14,170 bases of DNA, taken from positions 1-14,170 of the forward strand of contig JAKSOL010000034.1 in NCBI GenBank assembly GCA_024405635.1, read 5' to 3'. The stretch is from Salinivirgaceae bacterium (GTDB taxonomy: Bacteria > Bacteroidota > Bacteroidia > Bacteroidales > SZUA-534). The notes beneath the pieces are model-generated. The model was not told where the DNA came from, made no database searches, and was given only the letters and a program-made list of their open reading frames with translations. How positions within the stretch are numbered: position 1 is the first letter of the stretch; the number at the start of each line of letters is the position of its first letter. Positions 6,342 through 14,170 of the stretch are shown here, one piece after another. A program made the translations under genes and the position numbers.

Positions 6342-9167
6342 TTATTCGGCTTTTGGCATCATAACAACTTCAACAACGTTGCCAGCATCAACAAGTTTTT
6401 GCAAAGTTGCGCGTACAGTTTCGGCAGTTACTTTTTTCACTTCGTCGATGTACTTGCCAGCGTAGTCAAAGCCTTCAACAAAGAAAATCTTCATATAAAT
6501 AAGCCAAGCATCGTTGTCTTCAAGCGAAACTTCAAATTGTTTTTGGTAACCTTCAAGTGTTTTTTGAAGGTCGTCGGCGCGTGGTCCATCTTTCAAAATG
6601 GTTTGAATTTCGTCGTGAATAATTGCCAACAAGCGAGTTTCTTTTTCAGGATCGGTGTCAAATACCATGCGGAGCATAGCTTGGTTGTTAAACGAAGGGA
6701 AAAGATTGAAGTTGCTGCTTGTGCTAACTCCGTACGAACCACCTTCGCGTTCGCGAATGCTTTCCAAGTAACGAAGATCAAGAATGTCGGCAATGGTGCT
6801 AAGGTTAAGCAAGTTTGCAAAGTTTTGCTCAAATGTAGCAGAGTAAACTATTACGTTAGTTGCCGTTTTGGTTTCCATTTGACGATTAAAGGTGTTGTTT
6901 ATTTTGCCTGAAGCGATAGGAGTTTTTGGATCAACAGGTTTTTCAAGTTTTTTGGTTCGAGGCAAACCGCCAATCCATGTGCAAATTTGTTTTTGAGTTT
7001 CAGGATCGTCAGGATTAATGTTACCAACAAACATGAATGTAAAGTCGGCAGCATTGGCAAAACGCTCTTTGTAAATTTCGATTGCTCGTTTTTGGTTAAG
7101 CAATTTTAATTTGTCGATAGTTATTATGCTCGATTCGATGCGAGCGTTGTGGTTGTAAAGAGTAGCGTAAAGGCTGTCGGTTAATTCGGCACGGGGATTA
7201 GCGTTGCGGTTAGCAAGCGACGATTCGGCCATTTGAATAAACGAAGAATACAAGTCGTCGTCGGTGCGTGGCGCGGTAAAGTATAGGTAGTTAAGTTGCA
7301 ACATGGTTTCAAAATCCTTAACCGATGAGCCACCGTAAATACCTTCGGTTAGTTCGTCGATTGAAGGATAAGCCGATGCTACTTTACCAGCCAATATTTT
7401 TTTCAATTTGGTTGGTGTGAAGTTTCCTACACCATTGTTTTTTACAACATCGCATGCAAGATTGGCATTAACCAAATCGGTTGTGTTATACAAAGCGGTG
7501 CCACCAAAACTGATTGACTGCATAAGTATTTGGTCGTTTTTGTTGGTGGTTGGTTTAATAACAACGCGAGCGCCGTTGCTCAATAGCCACTCGGTGGTTC
7601 CGTATTGTGGGTTTTTAGTAGTTTTTTTAATCTTTCCTGCTTTTGGAGTTTTTGCAACCAAAGGTTCGTCAATCACCTCTTCTTTTGGAGCTTCAATTTC
7701 CATTACCATCACCTCGGCAATAATTTGTTTAACCTCCTCATCTGAAGGTATTTGCACTTTGTCGTTTTCGGGCAATTGCATACCAACAATCATATTCTTG
7801 TTGCTAAAGAACATGGATGGAGTTAGTTGGTTTATTTCGTCGGCCGAAATTTGAGACAACAAGCCTTTAAGGAAATCGTATTCCCAAGCTATGCCTGGAA
7901 TAGGTTCAGCGTCGGTAAAGTTTCTTTGGTACTCGTCGGTAAACGCGCCTGTTTCGCAATTGTTGCGTTCGTTGTAAGCTTTTTCAATTGATGCTAAAAT
8001 GTTGGCACGAGCAATTTCGAGTTCCGAAGTGGTGATGCCGTAACGGCGAAGTCGCTCACCCTCAATAAGCAAGGCTTTTAGTGCCTCTTTTTCTTGTCCT
8101 TCTTTGGCAGTTGACGATAATTCAAACTCGTCTTCGATGCAGAATTGAGTGCCTTTGTAAGCATTGGCATAAACAAAAGGAGATTCTGGTTTTTGAGTCA
8201 ACTCTCTCAAACGATTGTTCATCACTTGATTAACAATTCGGTTTACGGTTGAAAATAAGTAACCAATGTTACTGTTACGAATTTCGGCAGGTAGTTGGTC
8301 TAAAGTGTTAACTACAAACACTTCAGAAGTGCGAGCTTCTTTGTCGGAAACAATGGCAACTCGTGGTTCGTCGTGGCGAGCAACACCAAAATAAGGGCGC
8401 TCACCGCGATTTACGCGTGCTGGAACAGTGTCCCAATATTGTTTAATTTTTTCAACCATTTGATCGGCATCAATGTCGCCAACTACAATAATGCCTTGCA
8501 AATCGGGTCCGTACCATTTTTTGTAATAGTCGCGCAAAGCTTGATGCTCAAAGTTTACAATAACGTTTGTGTCGCCAATAATGTCGCGAGTAGAGTATTT
8601 TGAGTCAAAAAAAGCTTTTGCAATAAAGCCCATCGATAGGCGCCAACTTGCGGTGCGGCGAGTACGCCACTCTTCGCGAATAACGCCACGTTCGGCATCA
8701 ATTTCTTCGGGCAATAGGTTAAGGTTGCACGACCAGTCGAGCAGCACCATTAAAGCCGAGTCGGTTACTTGTGTGCGTGTTGTTGGTACATTTTGTAGGT
8801 AATAAACTGTGCGGTCCCACGATGTGTAGGCGTTAATGTCGGCGCCAAAGGTTACGCCGTTTGAGTTAAAGTAGTTTATAATGCCTTTGTCAGGAAAGTG
8901 TTTTGTACCATTAAAAGCCATGTGTTCCAAAAAGTGAGCAAGGCCGTTTTGGTTGTCTTCTTCAAGAATAGAGCCTACTTTTTGAACAATGCGGAATTCG
9001 GCACGTTGTTTTGGGTATTCGTTGTGACGTACGTAGTAGGTTAGTCCGTTGGCAAGTTGGCCAACTCTAACTGCTGTGTCAACTGGCAATGGTTGAGGCA
9101 TCATTTGAGCCTTGGCTGTAGTGGCTAGCATAGCAAGCATCAGCATAGCCGAAAAAGTTCGTTTCAT
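6342..9167 (-). CDS. M16 family zinc metallopeptidase (PqqL-like, exported)
   Basis: Signal peptide ending AKA/Q, LANGLTYY, the inverted zinc motif HFLEH, NAYTS, ERGVIREE and IREREGGSYG. 941 aa. Confidence 0.95.
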   Translation of the reverse strand: MKRTFSAMLMLAMLATTAKAQMMPQPLPVDTAVRVGQLANGLTYYVRHNEYPKQRAEFRIVQKVGSILEEDNQNGLAHFLEHMAFNGTKHFPDKGIINYFNSNGVTFGADINAYTSWDRTVYYLQNVPTTRTQVTDSALMVLLDWSCNLNLLPEEIDAERGVIREEWRTRRTASWRLSMGFIAKAFFDSKYSTRDIIGDTNVIVNFEHQALRDYYKKWYGPDLQGIIVVGDIDADQMVEKIKQYWDTVPARVNRGERPYFGVARHDEPRVAIVSDKEARTSEVFVVNTLDQLPAEIRNSNIGYLFSTVNRIVNQVMNNRLRELTQKPESPFVYANAYKGTQFCIEDEFELSSTAKEGQEKEALKALLIEGERLRRYGITTSELEIARANILASIEKAYNERNNCETGAFTDEYQRNFTDAEPIPGIAWEYDFLKGLLSQISADEINQLTPSMFFSNKNMIVGMQLPENDKVQIPSDEEVKQIIAEVMVMEIEAPKEEVIDEPLVAKTPKAGKIKKTTKNPQYGTTEWLLSNGARVVIKPTTNKNDQILMQSISFGGTALYNTTDLVNANLACDVVKNNGVGNFTPTKLKKILAGKVASAYPSIDELTEGIYGGSSVKDFETMLQLNYLYFTAPRTDDDLYSSFIQMAESSLANRNANPRAELTDSLYATLYNHNARIESSIITIDKLKLLNQKRAIEIYKERFANAADFTFMFVGNINPDDPETQKQICTWIGGLPRTKKLEKPVDPKTPIASGKINNTFNRQMETKTATNVIVYSATFEQNFANLLNLSTIADILDLRYLESIREREGGSYGVSTSSNFNLFPSFNNQAMLRMVFDTDPEKETRLLAIIHDEIQTILKDGPRADDLQKTLEGYQKQFEVSLEDNDAWLIYMKIFFVEGFDYAGKYIDEVKKVTAETVRATLQKLVDAGNVVEVVMMPKAE

Positions 9168-9243
9168 ATTGTTTTTAGATTTAGTTTTTATCGTTTCTAT
9201 AGACGCAGAAGAATTTAGTTTGCTACACTTTTTTCGAAAAAAA

Positions 9244-10155
9244 TTATTGCATGTAACTGGCTTGTATGAATTGTAATTGCTGCATCAACATTTTGGTTTT
9301 TTTCATATCGAATCCAACTTGAAAAGAGGTGTTTATAGGTTCGGCATAAATGGCTTGAATTTCCATTTGGCGGTGGTTGTCAAAGTCGAGCCTCATGCTT
9401 GGCAAGTAGGGTTTCATTTGGTCGGTGTTGTGCATCATTTTGTCGGCAAAGTCGGGCTTTATGTTGCAACCGCAAGCGTTGGCCGCTGCAATGGTTTCGC
9501 ACATAAGGTCGTAAACCAAGGTGTGGGTGTAAGTGTTTTGCATCAGTTGGTCGGTGGTGGTGTTTAAAGCCACGCATAAACCGTTGAATGGAATATTCCA
9601 AACCAATTTTTTCCAACGAGCCTTATTAAGGTCGGGGGTTATTTCGGTTTCGATGCCAGCATTTTGCAAGTCGGAGCTAAGTTGCTGCATATCGTTGGTT
9701 TGACCGCGGAAAATGCCAAGGGTGAGTTTGCCATAGTCAAGGTGACGAATGTGCCCAGCTCCTATTTTGTTGCTACAAATAAATGCCATTGCTCCCACAA
9801 TGTTTTGTGTAGCAAAATGTTGTGCAACTATTTGCTCTTGGTTTAGCCCGTTTTGTATTAAAACAATGGTTGAGTTTTGGTTTACAATTGGAGCAAGCAA
9901 TTGTGGTAAAAGGTGGTTTTGTGTGGTTTTTAGGCACACAAGCACAACATCGCACTTGGGCATTTGCTTGGCATCGGAGTATGCATTTACATTGTTGAGG
10001 CTAAAGTTGCCAAGAACCGATTCTATTTGTAAACCGTTGGTTTTAACGTGATTATAATCGGTGTGAAATAGAAAATGTACTTCAGCTCCTGACTGAACCA
10101 ACTTGCTACCGTAGAATAGTCCTATGGCACCAGCGCCAACAATAGCATATTTCAT
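9244..10155 (-). CDS. panE: 2-dehydropantoate 2-reductase (ketopantoate reductase) family protein
   Basis: Start reassigned to ATG 10155 (MKYAIVGAGAIG, Rossmann motif). Also CLKT, QNG, WKKLVWN, PSMRLD and a conserved Glu (ME). Confidence 0.88.
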   Translation of the reverse strand: MKYAIVGAGAIGLFYGSKLVQSGAEVHFLFHTDYNHVKTNGLQIESVLGNFSLNNVNAYSDAKQMPKCDVVLVCLKTTQNHLLPQLLAPIVNQNSTIVLIQNGLNQEQIVAQHFATQNIVGAMAFICSNKIGAGHIRHLDYGKLTLGIFRGQTNDMQQLSSDLQNAGIETEITPDLNKARWKKLVWNIPFNGLCVALNTTTDQLMQNTYTHTLVYDLMCETIAAANACGCNIKPDFADKMMHNTDQMKPYLPSMRLDFDNHRQMEIQAIYAEPINTSFQVGFDMKKTKMLMQQLQFIQASYMQ

Positions 10156-10160
10156 AAGTT

Positions 10161-11498
10161 TTATTTTAGCAGTTTTTGTATTTCGGGCTGATTGAACAAT
10201 GGAGCCCAAAGAGCCTCGGCTGCATATTGTTTAGCTTGTTTAAAGCCCATTTGAACAGCTTTTTGGTAGTTAGCAACCATGTCGGTGCGGTTGTTTACCA
10301 AAAGGTTGTAACGAGCTTTCATAAGGTAAACATCAGAGTTGTTTGGGTCAACAATTTCGTAAACAGCTATTTTCTTTTCGGCTTTTTCGGCCTCTTCGTT
10401 CATAATATTGTTGCTAGCAAGCGAAAAAGCTGCCATGCTCAAATAAGCTTTAAGGCGGTGGCTGGTAAGCGATACTTGCAAGTCGGTGCTATTAATGCTT
10501 TTGTTAAAGTTTTCAATCTCGGTGCGCCACCAATCAAGGTCGCGTGTGTCAAACGAGCTTATGAATTTGCTACGTAGCTGAATTTCTTTTGTAGCAAGAT
10601 TTTGGATTTGGCGTAATTGTTGAGCATATTTTGGGTCGGCATAAAGAGCAGTTACATAACTAGCCATACCGTTGTCAGACATAAGTGAGCCAAACATGCT
10701 TTCGGTGCGGTTAACTAGTTCAGCAGCAGCAATTTGGTCGCCAGCTGCTAGTGCATCAGTAATGGCATTGCATTGAGTGTCGTAAAGGTTTTGCAACCAA
10801 TTTTGGTCAACATCTTTTTTACCATATCGCATGGCGTTTACTTCAATAGGTTCAATGGCTTTTTCAAAATCTTCGGTCGATGGCCATTGGTGTTTTCCGC
10901 TGAAAACAACTAGCGAGTAATCAATATCGAATTGGCTAAATGCTGCAATGGTTTGTTTCATTTCAAGGTAGTTAAAGTCTTTGTCGCCAACCATACCTAC
11001 AAAGCAGAAGGTGGAGTCGGGTTCAACTTGAGGAATTGAACCAGCACCGCAAGCCACTACACCGCTAATAACAGGATTGCCAACACCATAAAGAGTAGCT
11101 AATTTGGCACCGCCCGAAAAGCCAGCTAAGTAAATGCGGTTAGGGTCGGCATTAAGTTGCTTGGTAGCCTCGTTAAGCAAAGCTGCAACAATGTCGCCTA
11201 CACTGCCAGCCGATAAACCATTGTGCAAGTCGTTGCTACCCATAAGCATATAGCCATATTTGTCGGCCAATGGTGCGTAATTTTCAACTGGGGTTTTGCC
11301 ATCGCAGTGCGAGTCGAAAAAGATAATGATAGGCAAGTTGCCGCTAGCTTTGGCAGGTTGATAAAAGGTGTACGATACATTGTTTTTTTCGGCACAAGTG
11401 TTTTGTTGCACTTTGCCCGATAGTTTCACTTTGTCGCTATTACAAGCTGTAAGCATGGTAAGAGTTGCTACAGCAATTGCTAGAATTTGCTTTCTCAT
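10161..11498 (-). CDS. Lipoprotein with an alpha/beta-hydrolase (esterase-like) domain and a helical/TPR-like C-terminus
   Basis: Lipobox LTAC. RIYLAGFSGG is a GxSxG nucleophile elbow, with candidate Asp (GDKDF) and His (GKHQWP). The C-terminal DPNNSDVYLMKARY...YQKAVQMGF is TPR-like. Confidence 0.8.
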   Translation of the reverse strand: MRKQILAIAVATLTMLTACNSDKVKLSGKVQQNTCAEKNNVSYTFYQPAKASGNLPIIIFFDSHCDGKTPVENYAPLADKYGYMLMGSNDLHNGLSAGSVGDIVAALLNEATKQLNADPNRIYLAGFSGGAKLATLYGVGNPVISGVVACGAGSIPQVEPDSTFCFVGMVGDKDFNYLEMKQTIAAFSQFDIDYSLVVFSGKHQWPSTEDFEKAIEPIEVNAMRYGKKDVDQNWLQNLYDTQCNAITDALAAGDQIAAAELVNRTESMFGSLMSDNGMASYVTALYADPKYAQQLRQIQNLATKEIQLRSKFISSFDTRDLDWWRTEIENFNKSINSTDLQVSLTSHRLKAYLSMAAFSLASNNIMNEEAEKAEKKIAVYEIVDPNNSDVYLMKARYNLLVNNRTDMVANYQKAVQMGFKQAKQYAAEALWAPLFNQPEIQKLLK

Positions 11499-11532
11499 AT
11501 TTTGAAATAATTAGTAACGGTTTAATAAAACG

Positions 11533-11542
11533 TGCGAATATA
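11533..11542 (-). promoter_or_regulatory. Candidate -7 promoter element for the hydrolase/panE operon
   Basis: The minus strand reads TATATTCGCA, one mismatch from TAnnTTTG, about 35 nt upstream of the ATG. Confidence 0.35.
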
Positions 11543-11837
11543 GATTTTTTAAGCGACAGGACGAGGTTTTTAGTTGTTTGATTATTGCTAACGATTAAAT
11601 CTACAGCCTTGTTGTTTAATGGCACTACTTAGTTGTGCTGTCTGTATTTTACAAAAACCTATTTGCTCCACACACCCAAGTAGTTTGTAAACAATCAAAT
11701 AATAAGATGTTTAATAACAAAAAACTGAATATGAGTACGTTGTTTGCCTATAAAAGCAAACGCAGTTTTTTGTTTTTCTGCTTTTTCAAGTTCAGTGTGG
11801 TTGGTTTTGGGTTGTATATAAAGTATAATGATATGAT

Positions 11838-11874
11838 AAACAAAAATCCCCAACCTGAAACCAGATTGGGGATT
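11838..11874 (-). terminator. Intrinsic terminator after ddh
   Basis: The minus strand reads aatccccaatctg-gttt-caggttggggatt-tttgttt. The single non-Watson-Crick pair is U-G on the minus strand only. Confidence 0.85.
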
Positions 11875-11898
11875 AGAACATTCAATAATCAAAATTCT

Positions 11899-12801
11899 TT
11901 ATACCAAGTGGCGAATCAACTCCTCGCGGTCGCCATAAAGCATATCAATAACAGGTATTTCAACCATTGTGTAAGCACCTGGTTTTTGTTTCATTGCAGC
12001 ACGAGCCACATTAACCAAAACTTGTGCAGTAAGAGCTGGGTTGTTAATCTTCATGTTAAACTCAAACAATTGGTTGTGAGTTTTACCTGACACACCTTTG
12101 CGCACAAGGTTAACACCATGGCCAACATCGTTAAGTGCATCAACACTCTCAACTTGCATTACGTGAGTTTCGTCGCTTGCAAAATATGGGTCAGCTTTAA
12201 TTGCTTTTGTAACCTCAGCAAGGTCAGCACCCTCTTCCAACTCTACATAAACCATACGGCGGTGAATACCCTCGCCCAATGGAATAGTCATTGAAAGAGC
12301 ATCTTTAACACCCTCTTTTGAACGTACACAAACCGAGTGGCCCATTGAACGGCCTGGACCAAAATTGGTATAACTCAAACCTTTTGGAGCAAGACTCTCC
12401 ATCAAAGTACGTACAATTGAGTCTGATCCTGGATCCCAACCAGCTGAAATAATTGACACTGCATTGTTCTTTTTTGCAACAGCATCAAGCGAACGACGCA
12501 AATCAATAATTTGTGTGTGAATATCAAAACTGTCAACAGTATTAATACCAAGTTCAAGGCACTCTTTTGCATAAACCTCAACACTGCGAGTTGGAGTTGC
12601 AAGAATAGCAACGTCAACATCTTTCAACTCTTTTATCGATTTTACCACTTCGTAGTTTGCCAACTCGGCTGGTTTATTTTCAGCACCATTACGGCGAACA
12701 ACACCTGCTATTTCAAAATCGGGTGCAGTTTGCAATGCATCCATCACGTAGCGGCCAATATTTCCATAGCCCACCACTGCTGCTCTTAATTTCTTTTCCA
12801 T
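11899..12801 (-). CDS. ddh: meso-diaminopimelate D-dehydrogenase
   Basis: VGYGNIG, NTVDSFDIH, AGWDPGSDS, TNFGPGRSMGHS, HRRMVY, GHGV and NNPALTAQ. Confidence 0.95.
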   Translation of the reverse strand: MEKKLRAAVVGYGNIGRYVMDALQTAPDFEIAGVVRRNGAENKPAELANYEVVKSIKELKDVDVAILATPTRSVEVYAKECLELGINTVDSFDIHTQIIDLRRSLDAVAKKNNAVSIISAGWDPGSDSIVRTLMESLAPKGLSYTNFGPGRSMGHSVCVRSKEGVKDALSMTIPLGEGIHRRMVYVELEEGADLAEVTKAIKADPYFASDETHVMQVESVDALNDVGHGVNLVRKGVSGKTHNQLFEFNMKINNPALTAQVLVNVARAAMKQKPGAYTMVEIPVIDMLYGDREELIRHLV

Positions 12802-13009
12802 ATATTTCTTCGTTAAATTTTTACTGCAACAAAGAAAAATAGAAGATTTTCAACCTGCAAAGCAAAATGCCTTTTTGCCATAACGATACGAAACACACGT
12901 ATTTTCTTTAAAAGATTAAAGTTGATATAACTAACTATCAGACTTTTATAAATCACTTGCAAAAGTTTACACATACTATTTAAATGCAAATAGCACTCAA
13001 AGCATTTTT

Positions 13010-13042
13010 TTTGCAATAATGTTACACTTATAGATATTTTTG
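13010..13042 (+). promoter_or_regulatory. Bacteroidota sigma-A promoter for the polyprenyl synthetase gene
   Basis: TTTG (13010-13013), N21, TATTTTTG (13035-13042) is a full consensus match, 21 nt upstream of ATG 13064. Confidence 0.6.
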
Positions 13043-13063
13043 GGGAAAATAAACTATAGTACG

Positions 13064-14038
13064 ATGTCCGATTTGCAAACCATTAGAAAACCCGTTGCTA
13101 CCGAACTCGAAAAATTTCAGCCATATTTCAGCAATTTTCTAAAAAGCAACTCTAAGTTGCTCAATATCATTATATTCTACTTGCTGAAACAAAAAGGCAA
13201 ACAAATTCGTCCTCTACTGGTTTTCTTAAGTGCTAAAATGTTTGGCACAGTTTGCGACAAAACATACCAAGCTGCCGCCTTTATTGAAATGATGCACACT
13301 GCATCGCTTGTTCACGACGACGTGGTTGATGAATCAGACATGCGCCGCGGTTTTTGGTCAATCAATGCAATTTGGAAAAACAAAGCATCGGTTTTGCTTG
13401 GCGACTTTTTATTAGCCAAAGGTTTACTATTAGCTGTCGATAACCAAGGTTACGATTTGCTTCAAATAGTATCGCAAGCCGTTGAAGAGATGAGCGAAGG
13501 CGAATTGCTACAAATGGAAAAAGCACGCCACCTAAACATAACTGAACAAGATTATTACCAAATAATTCGCCAAAAAACTGCTGCTCTTATGGTAGCATGC
13601 ACCAAAGCTGGAGCTTGTTCAGTTGGAGCATCGGAGTCTGATATGCAAAAGATGGCCGACCTTGGCGATTGTATGGGCAAAGCCTTTCAAATTCGCGACG
13701 ATCTTTTTGATTATGATGCTTCTGCACAATCGGGCAAACCTGTTGGCAACGACATTATTGAGCGCAAAATGACACTGCCTCTTATTTACTCGCTAAACAA
13801 TTGTTCCAAATCTGACCGACGACATATTATTAAACTGATGCGCAAAAAGCAAAAATCGCCTACCGATGTACAACAAGTTATTGATTTTGTAATGGCGCAC
13901 AATGGTGTTGAATACGCTCGTCAACAAATGAAAAACCTTTCAGACAAAGCACTGCAAATATTAGCAACCTTGCCACAAAACGAGGCAAACCAATCGTTGG
14001 TTGACATTGTGTCCTACATTGTCGATCGTAAAAAATAA
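13064..14038 (+). CDS. ispB: Polyprenyl (octaprenyl-type) diphosphate synthase
   Basis: GKQIRP, HTASLVHDDVVDESDMRRG (FARM), GDFLL, KTA, FQIRDDLFD (SARM) and GKPVGND. ATG 13064 is preferred because TTG 13040 lies inside the -7 element. Confidence 0.9.
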   Translation: MSDLQTIRKPVATELEKFQPYFSNFLKSNSKLLNIIIFYLLKQKGKQIRPLLVFLSAKMFGTVCDKTYQAAAFIEMMHTASLVHDDVVDESDMRRGFWSINAIWKNKASVLLGDFLLAKGLLLAVDNQGYDLLQIVSQAVEEMSEGELLQMEKARHLNITEQDYYQIIRQKTAALMVACTKAGACSVGASESDMQKMADLGDCMGKAFQIRDDLFDYDASAQSGKPVGNDIIERKMTLPLIYSLNNCSKSDRRHIIKLMRKKQKSPTDVQQVIDFVMAHNGVEYARQQMKNLSDKALQILATLPQNEANQSLVDIVSYIVDRKK

Positions 14039-14170
14039 ATCTTACCATAGTTCTGTATCAACAACACAGCAACAATTGGCTTAAAAAGTTCACTACTTTT
14101 TTAAGCTAACATATCATTATTAACGCGAGTTCGATATAAGCAAATAAGCAAATCAGTAAAATAGAACAAG

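Noticed and set aside
9229-9242. Palindrome ttttttcgaaaaaa next to the panE stop
   Set aside because: Low complexity, with no loop or GC-rich stem.
11440-12090. Small ORFs 11440-11625, 11635-12090 and 11695-11892
   Set aside because: They have no motifs and overlap real genes or the ddh terminator, so they are likely spurious.
158-12842. Remaining antisense and alternate-frame ORFs in the track (e.g. 1656-2069, 2314-2766, 6339-6911, 7408-7854, 10176-10577)
   Set aside because: They are shadows of well-supported genes and have no independent motifs.
12802-13009. Lysine riboswitch or leader upstream of ddh
   Set aside because: The region is AT-rich with no recognisable conserved riboswitch core or extended stems.

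Overview
Bacteroidota (probably Bacteroidales) chromosomal window. The right-hand 10.4 kb (3726-14038) is mostly housekeeping: dGTPase, lspA, a TraR/DksA-family regulator, an M16 peptidase, a ketopantoate reductase family gene, an alpha/beta-hydrolase lipoprotein, ddh and a polyprenyl synthetase. The left-hand 3.7 kb is visibly AT-richer and holds the interesting structure. The tail of a T9SS-sorted protein is followed by a gingipain-like (C25) cysteine peptidase, a coupled lipoprotein and a hairpin. Then come an orphan alternative C-terminus of the peptidase, a second divergent paralogous lipoprotein and a homologous hairpin. The orphan begins at the conserved VKRFNLFGDPS motif, with 27/30 nt identity to the intact gene. 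This resembles a polymorphic 'protease C-terminus + cognate lipoprotein' cassette array, like CdiA/Rhs orphan modules but built on a C25 protease. All alignments were done by eye, no database searches were run, and novelty is unverified.
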